Shown here piece after piece: positions 57,044-64,000 of a stretch of 64,000 nt of DNA. This stretch comes from Gaiellales bacterium. GTDB lineage: Bacteria; Actinomycetota; Thermoleophilia; Gaiellales; JAICJC01. Within the stretch, counting starts at the first letter, position 1. The number at the start of each line of letters is the position of its first letter. The DNA is taken from NCBI GenBank assembly GCA_036273335.1, contig DASUHT010000019.1:3577-67576 (forward strand). Reading direction: 5' to 3'. Under the pieces are notes generated by a model. That model saw only the letters and a list, made by a program, of their open reading frames with translations, was not told where the DNA came from and did not search any database. The position numbers and the translations under genes are program-made.

Positions 57044-57751
57044 GTGTCCGCCGGCCGCGATACCGTTGGGCGGATGGCCATCGCCACCGCCCGTCCGCGA
57101 GCGCGCAGATCCCGACCCGGCCGGCGACTGCTGGCGTACGACCGTTCGCTCGGGGCGCGCCTGGTGGCGGGGGCGGACGAGGCCGGCCGAGGCTGCCTGG
57201 CGGGCCCGCTGGTGGCCGCCGCCGTCTGCCTCGACGTGGAGCGCCTGAGCGGTCCGCGGGCGCGGCCGCTGGCCGATCTGAACGACTCCAAGCAGCACAC
57301 CGCGGAGCGCCGGGAAGCGCTCTTCCAGGCGGTGCTCGCGTCGGCCGAGCAGGTGGCCGTCTGCGTCATCCCGGCCGCCGAGATCGACCGGCGGGGCCTT
57401 CACCGCTCGAACCTGGCCGCGCTGGAGCGGGTGCTCCGCCGGCTGCAACCGATGCCCGAGGTCTGCCTGACCGACGGTTTCGCGCTGGCGGCGAGCGGAC
57501 TGCCCAGCCGGCGGGTGATCGGCGGCGACGGGCGCAGCGCCTCGATCGCCGCGGCGTCGATCGTGGCCAAGGTGACACGCGACAGGCTGATGCACCGGTT
57601 GGCAGCGCACTATCCCGGTTACGGCTTCGAGTCGCACGTCGGCTATATCACCCCGGAGCACACGCGCGCCGTCCGCGAGCGCGGGCTGACGCCGCTGCAT
57701 CGCCGCTCGTTCGCCGCGATGGCGTATGAGCAGCTGGATCTCGGACTCTAG
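57044..57751 (+). CDS. rnhB: Ribonuclease HII
   Basis: ORF 57044..57751 (ATG 57074 is the alternative start). GADEAGRGCLAGPLVAAAV, DSKQ, and the SIAAASIVAKV motif. Confidence 0.92.
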   Translation: MSAGRDTVGRMAIATARPRARRSRPGRRLLAYDRSLGARLVAGADEAGRGCLAGPLVAAAVCLDVERLSGPRARPLADLNDSKQHTAERREALFQAVLASAEQVAVCVIPAAEIDRRGLHRSNLAALERVLRRLQPMPEVCLTDGFALAASGLPSRRVIGGDGRSASIAAASIVAKVTRDRLMHRLAAHYPGYGFESHVGYITPEHTRAVRERGLTPLHRRSFAAMAYEQLDLGL

Positions 57752-58076
57752 ATACGGACGGCTGGCGGAGCTGGCCGCGGCCTGGCTTCTGCGGGCGCGT
57801 GGCTACCGGGTGGTCGGCCGCAACCTGCGAGTCGCCGGCCGCGAGCTGGACGTGGTTGCACGACGCCGCGGCGTGCTCGTCATCTGCGAGGTGAAGGCGC
57901 GGCGCCGGGCCGACCGCAGCGATCCCTGGGAGGCGGTGGACGCGCGCAAGCGGGAGCGGTTGCGGTTTGCGGCCGCGCTGCTCGCCGACGCCGATCCGAC
58001 CGTCGAGGAGGTGCGCTTCGACGTCATCGCCGTCAGCGGCCTTCGCGTCCGCCACCTCCGGTCGGCATTCTGGTGA
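57726..58076 (+). CDS. yraN: YraN-family (UPF0102) endonuclease-like protein
   Basis: ORF 57726..58076. G..AE..AA.WL...GY.VVGRN.R....ELDVVA......VICEVKAR pattern. Confidence 0.85.
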   Translation: MSSWISDSRYGRLAELAAAWLLRARGYRVVGRNLRVAGRELDVVARRRGVLVICEVKARRRADRSDPWEAVDARKRERLRFAAALLADADPTVEEVRFDVIAVSGLRVRHLRSAFW

Positions 58077-58117
58077 GCTTTCGTCACCGATCGTGACTGA
58101 CACGCGCGCGGGGTGCC

Positions 58118-59563
58118 GTGCAGCATGGAGCGGTGATCGGGCGAACGAAGACGTTCTGGCTGACCGGCCTCGATGCGCGTCGCGTGGACGTCGAGGCTGA
58201 GATCCACAAGGGGCTTCCGGCATTCCGCGTCGTCGGCCTGGCAGACCGGGCCGTGCAGGAGGCACGCGACCGGGTGCGCAGCGGCCTCACCTCGTCGCAG
58301 TACGCGTTCCCGGGCAAGCGGCTCACGGTCAACCTTGCGCCGGCACAGGAGCGCAAGGAGGGCTCCGGGTTCGACCTGGCGATCGCGCTTGCGGTGCTGG
58401 CGGCGTCCGGTCAGCTTCCGCCCGACCGCGTGGAGCGGGTGGCGGCGGCCGCCGAGATGGGCCTGGACGGGTCGCTTCGGCCGGTGCGGGGTGCGATGGC
58501 GATGGCCGAGGCCGCCGCCCGGATGGAGCTCGAGGCGCTGCTGCTGGCCCCCGAGAGCGCCGCCGAAGCGGCGGCGGTCGACGGGGTGCGGGTGGTGCCG
58601 GCGCGCACGCTGGCCGAGGCGGCCGACATCCTCTGGGGGACGATCGAGCCTCCGCCGGCTCCGGCGCCGGTGCAACTGCCGCCGGCCGCCCAGCCCGACC
58701 TGGCCGATGTGCGGGGCCAGCAGCGCGCCCGGCGCGCGCTCGAGATCGCGGCCGCTGGCCGCCACAACCTGCTGCTGATCGGCCCGCCCGGTTCCGGCAA
58801 GAGCATGCTGGCGCAGCGGCTGGTCGGCATCCTGCCGCCGCTGACGAGGGCGGAGGCGCTCGAGGTCACCCGCGCGCACTCGGTGGCGGGCCTCCTGCCG
58901 GCCGGGATGCTTGCCGCCGACCGGCCGTTCCGCGCCCCGCATCACAGCGCCTCCGCCGCCGCGCTCGTCGGTGGCGCATCGCTGCGGCCCGGGGAGGTCG
59001 CGCTCGCGCATCGCGGGGTCCTGTTCATGGACGAGCTGGCGGAGTTCCCAAGGCCGGCCCTGGAGTCGCTGCGGGTTCCGCTACAGGAGCGCCGGGTCGA
59101 GCTTTCGCGCGCCGCAGGCCGGGTGGTGATGCCGTCGGACTGCATCGTCATCGCGGCGATGAACCCCTGCCCGTGTGGGCACCTCGGCGATCCCGACCGC
59201 GAGTGCACATGCCCACCGCAGCGGCTGGCCGCCTATCGCAGCCGAGTCAGCGGGCCGCTGCTCGACCGCTTCGACCTGCGCGTCCAGGCGCCGCGGGCGG
59301 AGTCCCATGGCGCGCCCGGTGAGGAGTCGGCGGCGGTCGCCGGACGAGTGGCAGAGGCCGCCCGGCGGCTGGCCGGCGGGGAGCTCGAGCTGCACCCGCG
59401 GGCGGTCCGCCTGATGCACGACGCGGTGGGCGTTCGCCTGCTCTCGGGCCGCGGCGCCGCGCGCGTGCTCGCGGTCGCACACACGATCGCGGCGCTGGCC
59501 GGCGCCGGGAAGGTCGAAGGCGACCACGTTGCCGAGGCGCTGTCCTACCGGGAGCCCGTATGA
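58118..59563 (+). CDS. comM: YifB/ComM-family Mg-chelatase-like AAA+ ATPase
   Basis: ORF 58118..59563. N-terminal Lon-protease-like domain (GLPAFRVVGLADRAVQEARDRV), Walker A GPPGSGKSM, and Walker B VLFMDELAEF. Confidence 0.9.
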   Translation: MQHGAVIGRTKTFWLTGLDARRVDVEAEIHKGLPAFRVVGLADRAVQEARDRVRSGLTSSQYAFPGKRLTVNLAPAQERKEGSGFDLAIALAVLAASGQLPPDRVERVAAAAEMGLDGSLRPVRGAMAMAEAAARMELEALLLAPESAAEAAAVDGVRVVPARTLAEAADILWGTIEPPPAPAPVQLPPAAQPDLADVRGQQRARRALEIAAAGRHNLLLIGPPGSGKSMLAQRLVGILPPLTRAEALEVTRAHSVAGLLPAGMLAADRPFRAPHHSASAAALVGGASLRPGEVALAHRGVLFMDELAEFPRPALESLRVPLQERRVELSRAAGRVVMPSDCIVIAAMNPCPCGHLGDPDRECTCPPQRLAAYRSRVSGPLLDRFDLRVQAPRAESHGAPGEESAAVAGRVAEAARRLAGGELELHPRAVRLMHDAVGVRLLSGRGAARVLAVAHTIAALAGAGKVEGDHVAEALSYREPV

Positions 59564-60630
59564 GGGATTGTGGTGTGCGGGTGGCCGTGGCCGCCGCCGA
59601 GTGCGGGGTCGAGGCGACACGGGTCGTCCGCCGCGCCGGCGGCTGCGCGGCCGTTCTCGGCGCCTCGCCGCGGGCGCTGGCCGCGCTCGGTGCACCGGCG
59701 GAGCTCGTCGCCGCGGTCGACCGGGCACGCCGGCTCGACGTCCCGGCCTACCGTGCCCGGCTGGCGGAGCGGGGGATCGAGGTGGTCGGACTCGACGACC
59801 GCGGGTATCCGGCGGAGCTCGCGACGCTGCACGACCCGCCGCCGGCCGTGTTCAGCCGTGGTCGCCGGGATCTCCTGGACATGTCCGCCGGCCGGGTGGC
59901 GATCGTGGGGGCACGCCGGGCCGCCGACGCCGGCCTTCGGCTCGCCCGCGAGCTGGCGCGGTTCTGCGCAATCCGCGAGCGCACTGTGGTCAGCGGCCTT
60001 GCGCTGGGAATCGACGCGGCGGCCCATGCCGGGAGCCTGGAGGGTGGCGGCGCGACGATCGCGGTACTCGGCTGCGGCGTCGACGTGACCTATCCGCGGA
60101 CAAACGCCGGGCTCTTCGACCGCGTCGCGACGGATGGGCTTCTGCTCTCCGAGTATCCGCCGGGCACACCGCCGGCACCGTGGCGGTTTCCCGCCCGCAA
60201 CCGTCTGATCGCCGCGCTCGCGGCCACCGTGCTGGTGGTCGAAGCACGCGCACGAAGCGGCGCCCTGATCACCGCCGACATGGCGCTCGACCTGGGCCGG
60301 GACGTGCTCGCGGTGCCCGGCTCGCCGGCGTTTGCCGGTGCGGCGGGCACCAACGGACTGCTCAAGGCGGGTGCCGGCCTGATCGAGGATGCCGCCGACC
60401 TGGCGGGCTGGCTGGGCGTCGAGCCGCCCGAGGCCGACCAGCCGGATCTGGACGCCCGCTCGGCGGCGTTCCTGGAGGCGCTGGCGCCCGGCCCGGCGAC
60501 CGCCGACGATCTCTGCGAGCGGCTCGGATGGCCGCCCGCGGAGGTGGCGGCGGCGACCATCCGCCTCGAGTTGGCCGGCCTCCTGGCCCGGGAGCGGGGA
60601 GGGCGGCTGGCTGCGGCCCGCCGGCCCTGA
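59560..60630 (+). CDS. dprA: DNA-protecting/processing protein DprA
   Basis: ORF 59560..60630. Rossmann-like DprA core (VAIVGARRA...VVSGLALGIDAAAH...GALITAD.A...GR.V.AVPG) and a C-terminal winged-helix-like tail. Confidence 0.9.
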   Translation: MRDCGVRVAVAAAECGVEATRVVRRAGGCAAVLGASPRALAALGAPAELVAAVDRARRLDVPAYRARLAERGIEVVGLDDRGYPAELATLHDPPPAVFSRGRRDLLDMSAGRVAIVGARRAADAGLRLARELARFCAIRERTVVSGLALGIDAAAHAGSLEGGGATIAVLGCGVDVTYPRTNAGLFDRVATDGLLLSEYPPGTPPAPWRFPARNRLIAALAATVLVVEARARSGALITADMALDLGRDVLAVPGSPAFAGAAGTNGLLKAGAGLIEDAADLAGWLGVEPPEADQPDLDARSAAFLEALAPGPATADDLCERLGWPPAEVAAATIRLELAGLLARERGGRLAAARRP

Positions 60631-60640
60631 GCATGCCCGT

Positions 60641-60649
60641 TGGTAGAAT
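60641..60649 (+). promoter_or_regulatory. Putative extended -10 promoter (TGgTAGAAT) of tRNA-Trp
   Basis: TGGTAGAAT ends 11 nt before tRNA position 1. It lies in the loop of the inverted repeat GCATGCC(60631-60637)/GGCATGC(60651-60657). Confidence 0.45.
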
Positions 60650-60660
60650 CGGCATGCCCT

Positions 60661-60749
<89 letters not shown>

Positions 60750-60830
60750 TTTCCCGCGTAACCACGCCACACACAGCCTCACCGGCCGAATCCAGTGGCG
60801 TCCACTGGTGTACATAGCTGGGGTGTGTCT

Positions 60831-60853
60831 GTGGCCAGCACTGTGGCCAGCAC
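60831..60853. repeat. Tandem 12-mer repeat GTGGCCAGCA-CTGTGGCCAGCA-C, copy A
   Basis: 23/23 identical to 61851..61873. Lies 81 nt inside DR1. Confidence 0.8.
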
Positions 60854-60937
60854 GCGGCCGGTAGCTACCGGGGCACTCTGGCGGCGACGCATCCCGACAC
60901 ATGATCACCTGCGGCACCACCGATGTAACCTGTCGGA

Positions 60938-61648
60938 ATGCCCGAAGGACTCTCTGGACCGGAGGTCGGAAGGGAGATCTCGGAACACGCCAAGCACGCC
61001 GCGGAGCAGCGTGCCGCCGACTCGCTGGATCATCGCAAGGCTGAGTGGATCTCGATCAGCGAAGCGATTCTGTTGTCGGTGGTGGCGATCATCGCCGCCT
61101 ACTCCGGCTACTCGGCCGCCCAATGGAACACCCAGTCTTCAGTGTCGCTCGCAGCGGCGAGCGCCGCCCGCACGAAGGCCAACCGGGCAGATCTGGAGTC
61201 CCTAGCCCAGCGGAACTTCGACTCGTCGACGTTCAACACTTGGTTCACCGCCTACGTCGCCAAAGATGCCCGCGGCATGGCGCTCGCCAAGAAGCGCTTC
61301 TCCCCGGCGTTTCGGATCGCCTTCGACGCGTGGTGGGCGACCGACCCGACCACCAATCCCAAGTCGCCACCGGGCCCCACCTACATGCCCCAATACAAGC
61401 AGCCGCAACTAGCGGCCGCCCGAGCACTGGACACAGTCGCCGACGCCCATTTCGCGGCCGGTGCCGCCGACGGCGCGCACTCCGACAAGTACATCCGCGT
61501 CACGGTCTACCTGGCGACGGTGCTTTTCATGATCGGCATCAGCGCACACTTCCCGCTGCTAGGAGCGCGCTACGGCTTGGTGACGATCGGCAGTCTGCTC
61601 GTCATCTTCTCCGTGATTCAACTCCTGCAACTCCCACGCCCGCCCTAA
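60938..61648 (+). CDS. Hypothetical membrane protein (DUF4337-like architecture)
   Basis: ORF 60938..61648, 236 aa. Polar N-terminus, then a TM helix (ISISEAILLSVVAIIAAYSGY), a long soluble middle, and two C-terminal TM helices. TAACCT at 60926-60931 lies 6 nt before the ATG. The family call rests on layout only. Confidence 0.6.
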   Translation: MPEGLSGPEVGREISEHAKHAAEQRAADSLDHRKAEWISISEAILLSVVAIIAAYSGYSAAQWNTQSSVSLAAASAARTKANRADLESLAQRNFDSSTFNTWFTAYVAKDARGMALAKKRFSPAFRIAFDAWWATDPTTNPKSPPGPTYMPQYKQPQLAAARALDTVADAHFAAGAADGAHSDKYIRVTVYLATVLFMIGISAHFPLLGARYGLVTIGSLLVIFSVIQLLQLPRPP

Positions 61649-61850
61649 CCCGTGGAATGCCGCACCGCACGAACACGGAAGTCGACCTCCATCAGATGGT
61701 CCCCGCCCAGATCAGAGTCGTCGTAGGTGCCCATGACCACGATGTAGAGCTGCGGCTGTGTCCACGGAAGCTCGACGGGACAGAGGGGTGGCGCCAGACA
61801 GTTCCCGTCATCGCTCCCCAGACCTGACTACCGCCCGGCGATTCGCCGCC

Positions 61851-61873
61851 GTGGCCAGCACTGTGGCCAGCAC
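61851..61873. repeat. Tandem 12-mer repeat, copy B
   Basis: Identical 23-mer in the same orientation, 34 nt inside DR2. Confidence 0.8.
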
Positions 61874-61907
61874 CCACCGCTAGACGGCTACTGGAGCCGA
61901 TTCGTAC

Positions 61908-61969
61908 CGGTCTCCAAAACCGTAGGTCGCGGGTTCGAGCCCTGCCATCCCTGTCGCGTAACCGAGCCG
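61908..61969. repeat. Direct repeat DR2: displaced 3' fragment of tRNA-Trp (non-functional)
   Basis: CGGTCTCCAAAACCGTAGGTCGCGGGTTCGAGCCCTGCCATCCCTGTCGCGTAACCGAGCCG. It lacks the 5' half of the tRNA. Relative to the intact gene there is a C-to-T change in the acceptor arm and an A-to-G change 12 nt downstream of the tRNA end. Confidence 0.85.
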
Positions 61970-62169
61970 AATGCCGCGACTCGGCTGGCCGATTGTCGAG
62001 CTAGGTCTACTCGAGGGCTAGGCGGCCACCCCGGAGCATGCGTCGACTCCTGCTCGGCGACATGGCTGTTCTGCGGCGCGTGGCGCGGCGGTTTGGCTGC
62101 GCGGATTCATCGGTTGTTCAGGTGACCGGCCTAGTGTCAGGGAACCGCTACCCAATCCCAGGGGGTTCC

Positions 62170-62961
62170 ATGATCAAGCTCACTCTTGCCGCTGTCGCTG
62201 CCGCGGTCATCGCGGGAGCCGTGGCCATCTCGACCGCTGGCGCCTCTGGCTCTGGGTCATCCAAGCGACCTATGGGGGCGTCAGCCGTGGCGATCCCCGG
62301 TGCCTCCAGCCGTGCGGTATCCGCGGCGTCGGCGTATGAGCCGCACTTGTCGCCGGCGGACTTCTCTCTCGTCATTGACAATCCTTACTTCCCGCTGCCG
62401 GTCGGACGAACCTGGGTCTACCGCGGCGTCAGAGACGGCCAGTCGCAGCTCGACCGAGTGACCGTGACCTCGAGGACGAAGGTCGTCGCGGAGGGGATAA
62501 CCGCCCGGGTCGTTCGCGATGTGGCGACCCACAACGGCAAACTGTTGGAAAAGACGGCCGACTGGTACGCCCAGGACAACCAGGGGAATGTCTGGTACGT
62601 GGGCGAGGACACGACGGCCTACCTGCCCAACGGGAAAAAGGACAAGTCGGGCTCATGGCAGGCTGGAGTCAACGACGGCGAGCCCGGGATCATCATGCTG
62701 GCCAACCCCCAGATCCCAGACGCATACCGCCAGGAGCTCCTGGTTGGTCAGGCCGAGGACACCGCCTGGATCATCAACCGGGGTGGGCTGGTATCGGCTC
62801 CGATTGGGACGTTCCAGCACGCGCTGCGGACTCTGGAGTTCGCTCGCATAGAGCCGGGCGTTGTCGACCAAAAGATCTATGCCCCAGGGATCGGCATCGT
62901 GTCCGAGACAGCACTGACCGGCCCTCAGGAGGTGTCCAACCTCGTCCGAATGACCGGCTAG
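62170..62961 (+). CDS. Secreted hypothetical protein (signal peptide, no recognised domain)
   Basis: Frame of ORF 62038..62961, from ATG 62170. MIKLTLAAVAAAVIAGAVAISTAGASG is a signal peptide. The rest is a balanced, beta-rich sequence (WVYRGVRDGQ..., NVWYVGEDT..., KIYAPGIGIV). Confidence 0.65.
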   Translation: MIKLTLAAVAAAVIAGAVAISTAGASGSGSSKRPMGASAVAIPGASSRAVSAASAYEPHLSPADFSLVIDNPYFPLPVGRTWVYRGVRDGQSQLDRVTVTSRTKVVAEGITARVVRDVATHNGKLLEKTADWYAQDNQGNVWYVGEDTTAYLPNGKKDKSGSWQAGVNDGEPGIIMLANPQIPDAYRQELLVGQAEDTAWIINRGGLVSAPIGTFQHALRTLEFARIEPGVVDQKIYAPGIGIVSETALTGPQEVSNLVRMTG

Positions 62962-63294
62962 AGCCCATTTCCGACGTAAAACAAGCACCGTAGTGCCCCA
63001 GAAGTAGACTTGACTCAACGCCCGCAGGGCGCTTGACCGGTCGTACGGGCGTGGCCCACCGCCGCGGCGCCTGCCCCACTCCGCTCCGCGGCGGTGGCGC
63101 AGAGCGCACCCGCTCTGTCAGCCCCGACACGGACCACTTGATCAGGAGCGGTTCCACCTCGCAATGGCTGGGCAGCAACCGTGGGCCGGCGCCGGACTAC
63201 CCATATGTGAGGAGTACAATCCACGGGCGGGCGCACCAGGCGAGCGCCGTCAAATCGATCTGAGGGCCCCTGTTCCCCGCGAGAAACCGGCGCG

Positions 63295-63510
63295 TTAGAA
63301 CGGGGCGCGGAGCACGTTCCGGCCTAGCACGAGCAGCACCAACGCGACTGGGATCCCGATGATTGTCACCCAGAACAACGCGGCCAGCGTGAAGAGGATG
63401 AGCGCGACCGGGACGCCGATCAGGAGCACCCACGCGAGCCGGAACAGGATCACCGCTCCAGCATACGCCCGATAGGCGCGGCGGCTGCGCGAACCTGGCA
63501 CGCTGGCCAC
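63295..63510 (-). CDS. Small membrane protein, YccF-like repeat (71 aa)
   Basis: ORF 63295..63510(-). Two hydrophobic hairpins with LIGVPVAL and TIIGIPVAL, which resemble the YccF inner-membrane-component motif. Confidence 0.55.
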   Translation of the reverse strand: MASVPGSRSRRAYRAYAGAVILFRLAWVLLIGVPVALILFTLAALFWVTIIGIPVALVLLVLGRNVLRAPF

Positions 63511-63550
63511 CGACGTGGACGGCGGCTCTCAATGGTCAGGAGCCAATCGT

Positions 63551-63589
63551 GGAGGAGCGCCGCGCGTGTGGCGCGCGCGGCCCTCCTCC
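63551..63589 (-). terminator. Long GC hairpin between the two minus-strand accessory genes
   Basis: GGAGGAGCGCCGCGCG...CGCGCGGCCCTCCTCC (about 16 bp with one mismatch), about 50 nt downstream of the stop at 63637. Confidence 0.4.
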
Positions 63590-63636
63590 CACCGACCGGA
63601 GTCCCGGCGGGAGCCCGGTCGCTGCTGTCGTTTGCG

Positions 63637-64000
63637 TTATCCGAGCAGGACGATCACGTCACGAGACAACGTGCCCTGGGCGTTGAGGTTGTGGACGGTG
63701 ACCTGTCCTTCAGCGCCGACGAACCCGCCAGTACCACCCGTGATCGCGATGGTGCTTGTGGATCCCGTGGTGGTCGTCTCGCCGGCGAACTCGAGCGTCC
63801 CCCGACCCAGCCGGGCCGTGCCGACGCAATGAGCCACCTTCTGGGTCTCAAGAACACAGAAGCCGCGATTGGAGCCGACCTGGTGTGTTCGGGCGGTATT
63901 CCAGAACTGGCTGGCGAAGAAGAACTCGTCGCCCGGGGTCGGCCCGGGCTGGCCGAGGTCGAGGAATCGTTGCGACGTCGTCTTCTCGATCACAACTATC
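63637..64000 (-). CDS. Dirigent / allene-oxide-cyclase-barrel-like protein (5' end probably outside the window)
   Basis: ORF 63637..63993(-), with the frame staying open to the window edge. GDEFFFASQ..., GFCVLE...HCVGTARL..GTLEFAG and IAITGGTGGFVGAEGQV match the AOC-barrel/dirigent-like pattern. Confidence 0.6.
   Translation of the reverse strand, partial: IVVIEKTTSQRFLDLGQPGPTPGDEFFFASQFWNTARTHQVGSNRGFCVLETQKVAHCVGTARLGRGTLEFAGETTTTGSTSTIAITGGTGGFVGAEGQVTVHNLNAQGTLSRDVIVLLG

Larger units (their letters stand above)
60750..61969. mobile_element. Putative tRNA-Trp-integrated insert or remnant, no recombinase gene
   Basis: 1158 bp of visibly lower-GC DNA plus a displaced tRNA 3' fragment, bracketed by the 62-bp direct repeats. 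Carries one ORF and paired internal 12-mer tandem repeats. Confidence 0.4.

Noticed and set aside
61692-61877. 61-aa minus-strand ORF inside the insert, and an alternative frame ending at 61645 (…LYIVVMGTYDDSDLGGDHLMEVDFRVRAVRHSTG).
   Set aside because: I checked whether either could be an integrase or excisionase remnant. There are no recombinase motifs. The first ORF includes the 12-mer repeat, and the second lacks a canonical start upstream of a 30-aa tail. Too weak to call.
63015-63263. Overlapping 73-aa (minus) and 76-aa (plus) ORFs in the accessory spacer.
   Set aside because: Arg/Gly/Pro/Ala-rich, mutually antisense, with no start-site signals. The region is treated as non-coding; its hairpins are reported separately.

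Overview
The window is a very GC-rich, almost entirely plus-strand core chromosomal segment with actinobacterium-like gene order (no GC value was computed). Nearly every base falls into tightly packed, often stop/start-overlapping housekeeping operons. (1) 0.4-12.6 kb: rpsB-tsf-pyrH-frr-uppS-cdsA, dxr-rseP-ispG, dnaE. (2) 14.6-18.6 kb: scpA-scpB-rluB plus two appended enzymes. (3) 19.3-30.8 kb: trpS, aroG-tyrA-aroA-cmk-plsC-der-gpsA, metK-priA. (4) 30.9-37.9 kb: def-fmt, rpe-ribD-ribE-ribBA-ribH. (5) 37.8-60.6 kb: pdxH, rpmB, asp23, a Dak2/DegV fusion, recG-rsmD-coaD, yceD-rpmF-plsX-acpP-rnc-smc, ftsY-ffh, rpsP-KH-rimM-trmD-rplS-lepB-rnhB-yraN-comM-dprA. (6) 60.66 kb onward: a tRNA-Trp followed by a visibly less GC-rich accessory tail. 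I found no rRNA, CRISPR array, transposase, integrase, toxin-antitoxin pair or recognisable defence or biosynthetic multi-gene system, and I cannot honestly claim a new multi-gene system here. The observations most worth a second look are listed below. (a) A 62-bp direct repeat of the tRNA-Trp 3' half brackets a 1.2-kb integrase-less insert that carries 12-mer tandem repeats in both inner arms. (b) A single polypeptide joins a FakA-like Dak2 module to a complete DegV (FakB-like) module. (c) Two conserved genes, rnc and pdxH, encode their conserved N-termini upstream of any ATG/GTG/TTG, which implies CTG or other near-cognate initiation. (d) At about 18 genes a TAnnnT hexamer sits 6-10 nt before the start codon, often reusing the previous gene's stop codon, which suggests leaderless transcription; accordingly metK, the rib operon and trpS have no room for riboswitch or T-box leaders. 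(e) An identical 34-bp hairpin element occurs in two intergenic spacers 25.6 kb apart. The many long Arg/Ala/Pro/Gly-rich ORFs lying antisense to these genes are treated as high-GC artefacts.
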